Source: Mercenaria mercenaria
Lineage: Eukaryota
DNA: 64,000 nt
Direction: 5' to 3'
NCBI RefSeq assembly: GCF_021730395.1
Contig: NC_069369.1
Location: 29,933,250 to 29,997,249 of the forward strand
The number at the start of each line of letters is the position of its first letter. The stretch's first letter is position 1. The notes beneath the pieces were generated by a model that worked only from the letters and a program-made list of their open reading frames with translations, ran no database searches and was not told the origin of the DNA. Position numbers and translations under genes: made by a program. Shown here piece after piece: positions 12,616 to 23,960 of the stretch.

Positions 12616-12897
12616 AATCGATCACCAGAAAAATAGAGCATATAGTGCCGGCAGCAATGAAAATTTCATCATTATTCCATTATTTTGGTCTTTCAAGTTT
12701 TTAGACATAAGATGGGAGATTGCCTATATAAAAATTATCTCAATATTTCTTAGGCTGTGTCAAATTAGTTGGACTTTGTATACTGTGCCAGCCACTGGCT
12801 TGAAGCTTAGGGATATAGGGATGGGCATTTTTGAGGTGCTTTATTAATGATCACAATATATTCAGTTTGACAGAAAAATAAATTATAATCTACAAAC

Positions 12898-13115
12898 CTT
12901 TTTAACTCTTGAACTACTTCCAAGGCTTCTGACAAGTCGGTCAAAATATTTGCACATCCGGGATAAGCTACAGTCATTCTGTTGACGTTTCTAATCAACG
13001 CGTCCAACCGGACAATGGCGCTGTCTAATGCATCTTGTGTCTGTGACACTTCTAGTGATCTATTAATCGATCCCATTACAACTCGAACTCGCTCAAGGAA
13101 GTTTCCGATGTCCAT
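12898..13115 (-). CDS. Candidate first coding exon of an unidentified gene
   Basis: True ATG at 13115. The 73-codon non-repetitive ORF reads MDIGNFLERVRVVMGSINRSLEVSQTQDALDSAIVRLDALIRNVNRMTVAYPGCANILTDLSEALEVVQELK(R) and ends at donor AAAAG|GTTTGT. An inverted CCAAT box (caaccaatg) lies about 70 bp upstream on the minus strand. Product not recognised. Confidence 0.35.
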
Positions 13116-13247
13116 AATTTTAAACTACCATTTATTATGTTTTTGTTGTTGTTTCGCAAATCGCGCTCAAATGAATAACGAGCTTTCTCATTGGTTGATG
13201 GAAAAACAATACCCTACCGTACTATACTGCATCCGGTTAAAGCCGGG

Positions 13248-13432
13248 TAAAACCGCATGATGCGGTTTAGTATTTCACGCACAAACGGTTCAAAACTGTT
13301 CCAGCGCATCTTGCGGTTTAGAAACCGCATCTTGCGCTTTATAAACCGCAAGATGCGTTTTATAAACCGCAAGATGCGCTTTAAAAACCGCAAGATGCGG
13401 TTTTATAAACCGCAAGATGCGGTTTCTTAGAG
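13248..13432. repeat. Minisatellite of about 22-bp palindromic units AAACCGCAAGATGCGGTTT(TAT), about 8 copies
   Basis: Each unit is its own reverse complement. Some units read GCGCTTT or GCGTTTT. Confidence 0.85.
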
Positions 13433-13439
13433 TTTTGGA

Positions 13440-13600
13440 CCAGTTCGTATCCCATATTACAACAGCTTGATCTGGGATGCTGTATTCGGCTCTCATGGAA
13501 TTTGTCAGGACGGATCACACTCGGCGCTTGCGCGCCTCGTGAGACCCGATCTGGCAAAAATCCACTCGAACCGAATACAACATTCCAGATCGAGCTACTA
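13440..13600. mobile_element. Foldback MITE (24-bp inverted repeats GATCTGGGATGCTGTATTCGGCTC plus an internal GC-rich palindrome) at the left edge of duplication copy A
   Basis: Near-identical copy at 48556-48700, which is the left edge of copy B. A shorter copy lacking the internal palindrome is at 48070-48160. Confidence 0.6.
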
Positions 13601-13941
13601 TTATAATAACCCTGTCATCTAGTTCCAGTTTTCCGAATAAACATCTTTTTAAAAGATACAAAAATATAATACAAGATGAAATCAATATAACAACATACGA
13701 CAAAAATATTGAAGTAGACACAAAACAAACGCTGTTTTAGGGCAAATATGTGAAATTATAGAATAAAATTCATTGAATTATGCAATACAAATTAATCAAC
13801 ACACAACATAAAGATTACTATTGAATTTGAACATATGACATGCCATAAATATGGAGTCCTAGTAATTGTTAAGTAAAGCAATCGTAGAAAATAAATAAGG
13901 AGTCTTCAAACTGAACGTTGAAAAAGCAAGACTTGTGTTCA

Positions 13942-14103
13942 CTAGAGACGTTTTATTTTTAACGCAACAACAGCACGACTTTCTCTGCCCGCTCCGCCCT
14001 CACCATGGCACGTGTAGTTGCCTTCGTCATCTATCGTCGCTTTAATTATTTGGAGCTGTATAAAGCGTACTGGAAAATACTCGCTCTCCTTTTCGTCGTC
14101 GAC
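13942..14103 (-). CDS. IgSF gene copy A terminal exon (stop at 13942)
   Basis: Acceptor ttttag|GTCGAC. Encodes VDDEKESEYFPVRFIQLQIIKATIDDEGNYTCHGEGGAGRESRAVVALKIKRL*. AATAAA is embedded in the last codons. Confidence 0.55.
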   Translation of the reverse strand, partial: VDDEKESEYFPVRFIQLQIIKATIDDEGNYTCHGEGGAGRESRAVVALKIKRL

Positions 14104-14361
14104 CTAAAAAGGTATTAGATCGATTTACTTAACCTAAAAAGACATACATACGGACGTTTTGCTTAAAGTGTTAGAATCTAAAATGGAAAATACATTTTAC
14201 AAAATCATTGTCGCATGGTATTATCGTTTTTTTTCTAAACGTTTATACTTACTGTTGATTTACAGGGGACTTAATGTAGTAAATGAAAAAAAATCCTTCA
14301 ATTCAAAGTTTGTAAATTGTAAATACTCCACAACTATCATGATACATGAGAATTAACATAC

Positions 14362-14516
14362 CTCATATCTCCAGTTGTCCCATTCAATCTTTTCGCCTTT
14401 ATGGTCAGTCCAGAATGCTTTTTGTAGCGGATAAGCTTGAACAGCACAGCCCAATATCACCTTTTCACCTCCGGTAAAATAAACCACAGGTGCCATCACC
14501 GCAACTTCAGGTGCAA
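14362..14516 (-). CDS. IgSF gene copy A exon 5
   Basis: Encodes APEVAVMAPVVYFTGGEKVILGCAVQAYPLQKAFWTDHKGEKIEWDNWRYE. Donor GAG|GTATG. Confidence 0.55.
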
Positions 14517-16368
14517 CTACAACAAAACAACAGAGTCTGCTTTTTAAGGTATATAAATATTATGGTTTGGAGAGAATAACTTTAGAATTACATGATAACC
14601 ACATTTTGAAACTGCCCTATAAAATTATTTTAGCCAGAGAATTATATTGTGAATATATTTTACACGTTTCCTATCGATTTTATTTCTTTTGCTTATTATG
14701 GTGTTTTGCAACCTCCAATCGAGTGAATATTCTCGAATTCTTTACTTCATGGACCATTGTTTTCCAAAGTATCTTATATCAAAAAGTTCAAAAGAACTAT
14801 GAGTCTAACATGTACCCTTAACAACTACTCCAATGCAACACTTGTATTTCTTGGCAATATCTTAAATTAATAAGCAGTTGAATTTGTTCACATTTCAAGA
14901 ATAATATTCTGCATTTATCAAATTCAACGTTGAAGAACATTCAGTAATGGAAGGACATGTTCATTTTCAGTCGATTTTTAATAACGGACACACACACACG
15001 CATGCATGCACGCACGTACGCAGATTCTGTGTTTGTTTTTTTATATAAATAAAAGAAGCAAATACCATTTATAAGAAAATTAAACAGTACCTTTACTTTT
15101 CACTAGATATGCTTAAAGTAAAGACGAAAATATAATTTGTTCTAATGATCTAATGCGTTGGAGCACGAAAACTATATTTTTTGTATCTTTTCTAGATATA
15201 TATGTGCATTTTCGTGTCTTTCAAAAATGGGTTCAATGAAATTAAATGATGGCATAAATTTTGTTGATAAATTACAATAAGTTTACCAACATATTTAGTT
15301 CTAAAAATGCGTGAAAGTTCTAGAGAGTTTTTTTTGGTCAGTTATTAATATACTGGTAAAATAGAAAAGGTTTCGTTAAGACGTTCTGAAGTGTATAACA
15401 AACAAATTAAGTGCATTTAAATTCCCCGACAAATAGGTTGTTTTGTGAATGAGGGAAATATATTTTGGAAGATATTTATTTTTCAGATATATTTATGAAG
15501 TTTAAAACATTTAACATCAATAACTCTGCCGTTACTGAAGAGATCCTGGTGAAATATGAGCATGCACTACCGCCATATAGTGACGCATATTTGGGTTAAG
15601 TTTCATGAAGATCCATCAATGGAATACATTTATGAATAATTATTATAAAACAATTAAAAAGCAATAATTCTGAAGTTACTTAAGTGATCCTAACGAAAGT
15701 TGTGCGCGCACCATCTAATATAGTGATCTGCATTTATGTAAATTTTCATGTTCATTTTATGTATTCAGTTATACTTTTTAGTACAGGCTAGAGAATTTAA
15801 CACGGGCTTGGCTAACAACTTTATTTTAGCCGATGTTTTCGCACTGTTCCGTTGTACTGCTACCTGGGACTTGCAGCAAAAGGGCCCTCGTTTTCTGATA
15901 GATATTTCATGAATGGGAAGAGCTAGAGACTTGAGGTCGACCTCATTTTGTAACTAAATGAATATACATGAAATAGAAATACAAGTTTATGAAATTGTTT
16001 GGAGAATTGGTTTCACAACGGCGTGGGAAGCGAAGCCTTTTCTCGGAGACTCGAACATCGGTTTCTAGCATTCTTGTATGATATATATCATTTAAAAGGG
16101 GTTTATTTTCCACTACATATTTTCCTTCCTTCTTGCTTGATTTAGGATGAAAACAGGGGGTTTTATCTGGTCATATTTTTTTTATTCAAGTTCCGACACT
16201 CGTGCCTGTGATTACTAAAAAGACTTTTTGAATTATGAACATTTTCACTTTCGGACGGACGCGCACCGACGGAAGAACAGCCGGATGGACAACGCCAAAT
16301 TTGTACTCCGCCATCTTCGGCGGGAGATAACAAGTACCATATAACCAAAACCGCAAAATTCGACTTAC

Positions 16369-16497
16369 AGTCCACGAACACCTGCATATGACTCTCGGAA
16401 GTTCCGTGTCTGTTTTTGGCAATGCAAGTGTACTCGTCACTTGCGTACCTTGTGATATTTCTGATGATCAGCTTGTGTCCCTTTATACCTTCAATAC
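16369..16497 (-). CDS. IgSF gene copy A exon 4
   Basis: Encodes IEGIKGHKLIIRNITRYASDEYTCIAKNRHGTSESHMQVFVD. Donor GGACT|GTAAGT, anchored by track ORF 16163..16387. Confidence 0.6.
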
Positions 16498-17291
16498 CTT
16501 TAATTAAGAAGTTGTTTTACTGAGTGAGAACATACTTTAAAATATCGCCCAAAAGCATTTTTTTCCATTCGGTGCATGTCATTTTTATTTACTCAAATCA
16601 TGCATATGACGACTTTGGACTAAGAAATCAAATATATAGATGATATTGCACGAGTGTCTTTTCATACTGAATCTACTAAACGAGTTGAATAAAATTAAGA
16701 ATAAAAAAGTGCCAGGCTCTGTCGAGTCCTTTATCAGTTCTGTTCAAAGAGTTTAATAAATTCAATGTGGAAAGACCCAAATGTACAGTCAAACTTGTGT
16801 TAAAGACCATCTCTGAACAGAGACCATCTGGCTCTAAAAACCACATGTGTTGTTTCCCATTCTAACATTTACAGTGTGTTTTAACCTGCAAATAAAGACC
16901 ACCTCCCAATAAAGACAACATTTTGGCTCTCCTAAGGGTGGTCTTTGTAGACGTAATATTCTTTTTAGCACATGTCAGCTTCTCCTGCTGAATTAAAAAA
17001 ATCTTCTTCCTTTACCTAAAATAGACCAAGTAAATTCGTCCAATGTACATACAGTCTGCTGAAATTAATCGATTTGAAACTTGTAATTCCCAACATTTGT
17101 AGAAATTCTTCATGAAATTTTTATGGTCATAACTCCTCAAAACTAACCAAAACGGACGAGTCTAGTGAATTGTGTTTCTCTAAAAACAAGTTTTCGCAAA
17201 TACTTTGAAATTAACTTATACATGTATACAATATTGGTCTACCAGGTGCTTCTACTTGAAAGCCTGTCCATCTCGAAATCACTTTATCAGT

Positions 17292-17577
17292 AGGTCTTTA
17301 GGTCTTCAGAGGGTGAAAAACAAGGAAAAATATCCAACAGGGAAAGCCAAGTTCAAACAACGCAACCTCCCCAAAGACACACACGAACAACTCTCGCACA
17401 CCACACACAAAAATGAATACAAAATGACAAAACAAACAAATACAGGAACACAGTGGGGCACCGCCTTGGAACGGCCAGTGGCAAAAGCACACCTGGGGAG
17501 TTTAAACCGGTTTATGGTGCACCTAACCTCACTCTTACCCCCACCATGTTCCAAAGTCACAAGACAGTGTTAATATG
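17292..17577. mobile_element. SINE-like insertion present only in copy A
   Basis: Absent from the collinear copy B site near 52760. Related copies at 29590-29760 and 63880-63960, sharing CAGTGG...TTGGAACGG.CAGT...GTTTAAACC.GTTTATGGTGCAC. Confidence 0.45.
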
Positions 17578-17621
17578 AAATTTGATTATAATGAAATAGT
17601 GGAATAAAGCCTTGTTCATAC

Positions 17622-17759
17622 GTTCCTTTGACGGTCCACGGCACCACGTTATTTCCGGTTCCGGTATGCCGGTGAATTCACAATTCAGTTGCGCCAGTGA
17701 ATTTTCAAGGATTTCGGTACGAGTAGAAGAAGATGAATTCTTGTTTAATCTTGGCTCAT
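17622..17759 (-). CDS. IgSF gene copy A exon 3
   Basis: Encodes EPRLNKNSSSSTRTEILENSLAQLNCEFTGIPEPEITWCRGPSKE. Acceptor taatttcag, donor GAAC|GTATGA. Confidence 0.55.
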
Positions 17760-18394
17760 CTGAAATTAAATAATGATCAAACTACTACAATGTTTCTCAA
17801 GCAATATACTTTCTGTTTAAAAGTATAGGAAGTCATTGTAACATGTCTCAGTAGCATTATTTATCATCTATTAGAAATGTTATTTATTTGGGTACTTAAT
17901 GATGTTATAGGATAGGTTTGATAATCTAATGACAAACACAAATATGTTCAGACACCATAATATTTTTATTCAATTAAAACCTAACAATATTTTAAGTGAT
18001 TCTACTACTGAGCTGGCTATTCAAAGACTAACCAAGCACGCATCACTCAACCTGTACTTTAAACGTAATCACGTGTTTCATTTGCTGCAATTGATATTTT
18101 ACGTTTTCCCATTTCATATAGAAGACTACTTCGGCCGGTGCTAGGGATAGAGAGGGTTCTTGCGCATTGCATTACCTTAATCAAACCGAGTTTGCTATTC
18201 TATTTGTTTGCGTCATATGCTTCCAAAGGACTTTCTAGCAGACCTAGGATATGTTACATAGATGACTTACATTGTAAGAGGACTGATCCAAAAGAAATGT
18301 CATCAGAACAATAAAAAGTTTAGAATGAAAAGAAAACGACAACAATTCATACGCAAGTACTTTAATCTATTTGCAATACTTTTTGAAAATATGC

Positions 18395-19215
18395 TTAAGC
18401 TAGCATCACATTGCACCGGATGGACTTGTGGATGAGTTCCGGATTCCCAATCCCGGATGGCTCCGGATGTGTAAGAAAAAAAAGGAGTTTGCGAATTCGT
18501 TACGTTATAAATCTCTATAACACAACCTTAATTAACATTTTTAGAACTGGAATAAAATATCTCGTATTTTTGACCACAGTGATAGTCTTCCAGACTGGAT
18601 GACTTACGAATGAGTTTGGAGTTCTACGGAAGCGTTACCGACATCGTTGACTTGTACGAGCATGGTACGGAATTTTTGAATTTGTAGAGGACTCAGGAAC
18701 TCATGTTTCACCGATTTCCCGAGTTCTCTTTGAGCTCGTAGAGATTTTCGAAGTTGGGAATTTGGAGCAGCTCGCAAGAGCCACGAACGGAAATCGCATA
18801 GGCCCCGGAAGAGTTTGTAAGGGCATCGCACGATGTCCGTACGGGTTTGCAAAAACTGCGAGGCTTGCGGAGAGCGTGCGATGTCAGCACGGGGCTCGCA
18901 TGGCGTTACGATCGCTATACGGGCTCCGTACGACTTCTTTGGTAATTCAAGGTGGTATAAAAACAAGTACGTACGAGTGCCGTGCGAGTGCCTTACGAAC
19001 CCACGAGCACCGTACGAGGTACGGCCTGGCTCCTTGCGAGCTCCGCACGACTTGTCTGCGATGTCCGTACTGATATCCTACGATTGCATCCTCTAAAGAT
19101 CGTACGGGGCCCGTAGGTACTGTGACGAGACACAACGATTGTACAGAGACAGTAAAGATTCTAAAATTGGTAGACCCGTATGATTTTTTAAATCCGTACG
19201 AGCATCGTATATTCA
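18395..19215. other. GC-rich insertion of about 0.8 kb full of CCGTACG motifs, copy A only
   Basis: Eight or more CGTACG/GTACG occurrences. Copy B instead carries an unrelated 150 bp at 53490-53640. Track ORFs here (18604..18966 and others) are probably GC-composition artefacts. Confidence 0.4.
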
Positions 19216-19840
19216 GCACTACATAATGAACGTTAAAGGATATCACTATAGTTTACATGGTTGACCATTAAAAGATGTAACTAATATCGTTATAATTTTA
19301 TATGAGTGGGTGGGTGTGTTAATTTGATGTCAATTGGTAATTGTCTGTCTTTTTTACTGTTTATAAAACACCATTATTGCGTGTGGCGAAATGTCGTCAG
19401 AGTGATCTTTGAAGTTTTGTATATTTGAAACGGAACAATAGAAGAAAATATTCATCAAAGGTATCCTTAATGAATTGGTTTTACACTTATATCTAATTTT
19501 TGTAACAATACAACGATGTATAAATGCGACGAGGTGACATTACTTATGGATAAACCCCGTATATCGCGTGACATAAAGGGATACATGCTCGTGATTCGTC
19601 AAGTCCAACTTATATCTTTATCTGACAATTACAAGGCAATGTGTAAACCAGACAGAGCTCATTTGTGGTCTTTTGGACTGCCTCGGCATTAAAAAACGCG
19701 TGACAATCGTAAAAATGAACCACTAATGCACCCTTATACACAAAGAAAATATCAATGTAGTGCACGTGGGAGAAGAATGCAAATGTAGATCTGACAGAAA
19801 TACAAAGTATATGCTATAGAATCACATGCACAATACGTAC

Positions 19841-20042
19841 GTTCAATGACAACTGTTATCTCCGAGAGCGTATGGCCGTCTCGAGTTTTACACCAGTATG
19901 TGTCAGCAAAGCTTAGATCAATCCTCAGTATATGGAGTTCCCACTCATTCCTTGCTGGCTTATTTATCATGAGATTTCTGGTATGCTTATATACTTGCAT
20001 ACCTTGCGTGAGCATCTCATTATTGCCGTTAAACCAACTAAC
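19841..20042 (-). CDS. IgSF gene copy A exon 2
   Basis: Track ORF 19752..20015. Acceptor ttttctttttag, donor GAAC|GTACGT. Encodes VSWFNGNNEMLTQGMQVYKHTRNLMINKPARNEWELHILRIDLSFADTYWCKTRDGHTLSEITVVIE. Confidence 0.65.
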
Positions 20043-20049
20043 CTAAAAA

Positions 20050-21545
20050 GAAAACAAGAGGGCCAAGATGGCCCTAGGTCGCTCACCTAAGAAACACACC
20101 ATAACAGTGTAAACATGTTAGACCTAGTGATTTCATGGAAACAAATATTCTGGCCAATTTTTATTAGGATTGGACCAAAAATGTGGTCTCTTGAGTTTAA
20201 ACAAGTATTTTGTTCGATATGACCTAGTGACCTAGATTTTGACCCTAGATGATCCATATTCAAACTTATCCTAGATTTTATGAAGGCAATCATTCTGACT
20301 AAATTTCATGAAGATCAATTGAAAAATACGGCCTCTATCGCATACACAAGGTTTTTCATTGATTTGACCTAGTGACCTACTTTTTAACCCATATGACCCA
20401 TATTCAAACTCGACCTACACTTCATCAAGACAATCATTCTGAATAAATTTAATGAAGATTAATTAAAAAATACAGCTTATATCGCATACACAATGTTTTT
20501 CTTTGATTTGACCTAGTGACCTAGTTTTTGACCCTAGATAAACCATATTCAAACTCGACCTAGATTTTATCATGGCAGTTATTCTTACCAAATTTCATGT
20601 AGATCAATTGAAAAATACAGCTTCTATCGAATACACAAAGTTTTTCTTTGATTTGACCTAGTGACCTACTTTTTGACTCCAGATAACCCATATTCCAAAT
20701 CCTCCTAAATTTCACCAAGGCAATTATTCTGAATAAATATCATGAAGATCAATTGAAATATACAGCCTCTATTGCATACACAATATTTTTCTTTGATTTG
20801 ACCTAGTGACTTACTTTTTGATCCCAGATAAACCATATTCAAACTCGATCTACAGTCCATTTTAACTGACCTAGCGGGGCGTGGTTTCGCGACGGTCCAC
20901 TGCATTATTGTGAAGTGTATGTAATACATTTGGCAACCTGATTTTTTATTCACTGGTCATCTACCTGACATTGTAACCACTGTAGCTCTACCTATTTTGC
21001 TCGTGTTTTGAGATTACCATTATTTGCATAAGCCAGAGGTTAACTCCACCCCGCCATTTCAAATAAAACGCACTATAGATTTCATCAAGGCCATCATTCC
21101 GACTAAATTTCATGAAGATCGATTTAACAATACAGCCTCTATCGCATACACAAGGTTTTTCTTTGATTTGACCTAGTGACCTACTTTTTCAATCCAGATA
21201 ACCCATATTCAAACTAGGCCTAAAATTTATCAAGGCAACTATTCTGATTAAATTTCATGAAGATCAATTGAAAAATACAGCCTCTATCGCATACACAATG
21301 TTTTTTCTTTTATTTGACCCTGTGACCTACTTTTTGACCCAAGGTATACCATATTCAAACTTGACCTAGAATTCATCAAGGCAACCATTCTGACCAAATT
21401 TCATGAAGATCAATTGAGAAATACAGCCTCTATCGCATACACAATCTAAATGTTGACATAGTATATTACGACAAAACGACAGACAGACAGAGGACAGACG
21501 CCGGACGCCGGACATCGAGCGATCACAATAACAGCAACAACAAAA
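20050..21545. mobile_element. Composite element with a 185-bp satellite array (20090-21480, about 7 copies) inserted in IgSF intron 1 of copy A only
   Basis: 5' AAACAAGAGGGCCAAGATGGCCCTAGGTCGCTCACC. 3' ...GGACAGACGCCGGACGCCGGACATCGAGCGATCACAATAACAGCAACAAC. Copy B runs straight from exon 2 into the shared downstream sequence. Confidence 0.6.
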
Positions 21546-21839
21546 ACAAAATAAAAACAAAACAACAACATACAGAGTTTGCTTTTAAAAACATTCACTT
21601 ACAATAATATAAAACTGGAATATTTTTCCTTGTGTTCGTTGTAATTTTCATCATTCTCTTTCAATCTTATATGTTGACACTAGCACGATACAAATATTCA
21701 TCCATGTGCTATATTTAAAGTAACATAAAAGTAAGGTTTATCAATAAAATTTGTTAAATCCTGTGGAAGAATGCAACTAGATACTCGTTTTGACTGAACC
21801 TTTTCATGACAGGTAATGCAAAAATTATGATATACTTAC

Positions 21840-21946
21840 AGTAACATCCCTAAATGGCTCCAGTCTGCAGGGCAGTTTACATAAATTGTTCAACACACAT
21901 GGTTTTGTCATTTCATAAGCTCCCACAGCCGTTTTCATGTTACTCA
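21840..21946 (-). CDS. IgSF gene copy A exon 1
   Basis: Encodes SNMKTAVGAYEMTKPCVLNNLCKLPCRLEPFRDVT, donor ACT|GTAAGT. Homologous to the plus-gene exon 1. Confidence 0.55.
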
Positions 21947-22093
21947 CTTAATAAATGATTTAAAACTCTGTCAATACATAAACAGGACGGAGAGGTGTCT
22001 TAAAAGTCTTTACAGAAATACGTAAAGAAATTAAAATGTTTAGATATGTAACTGTTAAGACCCGGGTGCAACTCGAAGGAAAAGGCGCGCGCG

Positions 22094-22094
<1 letters not shown>

Positions 22095-22131
<37 letters not shown>

Positions 22132-22135
22132 GAAA
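22095..22135. repeat. (AC)n microsatellite of about 19 units, copy A only
   Basis: Direct read. The track ORF 22000..22227 is produced by it. Confidence 0.9.
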
Positions 22136-22603
22136 AAAAACAACAAAACAGCAACAAAAAATATCTTCATATTCATGATCCTTGTATCTAATATAACGTT
22201 TGGTTCACAAGTACCACTTACATCCAAAAATTGTCAGAATAATACCGCAATGATCCCGACTGAATAATCCTAAATCCAAAATTCTAGTAATTAGAAAGTT
22301 AACATTTATCATGAGAACAAAGATATTCAGTTACTTCAAGTAACTGTTTGGACACAGCATTAACGTCCTAGGGTGTGTCAGCAATTGTTCAATTCAGCAA
22401 TTGTTGTGGCAGAATTTATATGACGTTCATAAAATGCACTTTATTTGAAGCATAGGTGTTTATACTGGAGATGATATTTTTACAATTTGCGCTAAATGGT
22501 CAAGTCACCCGGATGAGCGACTTATTTAATCTACATAGAAATAAATGTTAGTAGAACAACTACGCAATAACATTTGTCAGAGTACAAAAATAAAAATACG
22601 TAC

Positions 22604-22655
22604 CCATGAATGCTACAGTCTGTATCCATAGTAACAGTATGCGTAGTAGTTCCAT
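22604..22655 (-). CDS. IgSF gene copy A, signal-peptide exon
   Basis: ATG GAA CTA CTA CGC... gives MELLRILLLWIQTVAFM. Donor ATGG|GTACGT is phase 1 and matches the phase of exon 1. Conserved in copy B. Confidence 0.5.
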
Positions 22656-23689
22656 TAGTCCAGGAAATATTCTACAAGTTTCCATAAACACCGATAAAGA
22701 ATATATTTGTTAATTTTTACATACTTTCACTCACAATCTATGAATGATGATATATTATGTGTTCATAAGTAGTTACATCCGATAAACTATTACAAAATGA
22801 CGAAAGATAATGTTAAACAAGAGAATCATAATGGCCCTAGACCGCTCACCTGGGTTTCACAGATTAATTTAACGATTTTGATGATGCCACGCATAGAAAA
22901 TATCTATGATATTAATAGGGAAAATGGACCAGTGTTTTCTGAAAACAATCTGGGATCTGTTATATGCATATATGAATTATACACCGACATCAGTCTTTAG
23001 AGTCCATTAGAAATGAATATCTATGCCATAAAATCCTCTTAAACAGCACTTTCTGAAAAGCTTTGATCTCTGACTCTAACGACTAGACAAATGCGACTTG
23101 AACTGGGCAGAATTCTTCCCAGCTAATAATTACCATAAAATCGGAAATCATTGCAACTCTGTTCATGATGTAACAGAAATTTGGTTGACTCCAGTGCCAT
23201 GGATCATAGAATCCTTAATGACCTTCATAGTCTGTATAACGAAGTGCTTGTCAATGGGTACTTTGAAGCATTTGACATAAGGAGATACACGAACAATGTA
23301 TACTTCACCGAATATACAAAATGAACTTAAAGGTATTTGTGGCAAAATAATCTGCGATGATCTTGTGCAGGAATCAGATATTTGGCTTAACATTTCCTGT
23401 TCCCATGTATAAGTATGGTTGCAATATCCGACAGAAGCTGGCCGAGGAATGGCAAGTACCTACTGACTTTCAAAAAAACGCGGTTGCTGTGTCTGCGGGT
23501 GCGTCTGGTCCGTTACGCTGATGACCATGTTTTCTTATCTAAGTACCGCACACACATTGCCATTTGCTCTGTTTTAGAAGACTTTCATCGGCAATAAAAA
23601 TCCGAAAAAAATCCGATTGGTTGCATGCTTTCACTTTCGACGTCGGCGAGAAGCAACTGCTAAGAGAGTATGTGGACGGTTGCGAGTGT

Positions 23690-23960
23690 GATGGACAGAC
23701 GTCAATTTAGTTGCGCCATCGCTGTTGAATCACTTGAGGAGATCTTTGCTTTAACCAGCAGTGTCCTTTATCCAAACAGAAGGAAGTGCTTTACAATTCT
23801 GCAGGTTATGCAAGCGTCGACCGCAATAGAGGAGCACTCCTTCTCAACAATGTGTCGCTTGAAAACCTACTTTAGGAGTACCATGGCAACCGAGCGCCTT
23901 TCAGGCTTATGTCTCATGAACATGTATCATGAGCTTGTGAGTAACTTAAGAGTATGTTGT
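23690..23960 (+). mobile_element. hAT transposase C-terminal dimerisation-domain remnant
   Basis: ...LYPNRRKCFTILQVMQASTAIEEHSFSTMCRLKTYFRSTMATERLSGLCLMNMYHEL matches the hATC consensus (YP.L...A..L.IPASSA..ERVFS....R..L). The copy B homologue at 58450-58640 is truncated by a stop and a roughly 1-kb deletion. Confidence 0.5.

Noticed and set aside
13942-14103. Apparent 1-bp frameshift in the last exon of copy A relative to copy B
   Set aside because: It arose from a miscount of a T-run. On re-reading, the exon is 162 nt and open through ...DDEGNYTCHGEGGAGRESRAVVALKIKRL*.
23098-23280. NWAEFFPANNYHK... as the W..FP.L part of the hAT dimerisation domain
   Set aside because: The complete YP...ASTAIEEHSFS...RL..L domain is already contained in 23690-23960, and the spacing is wrong. 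The resemblance is probably chance.
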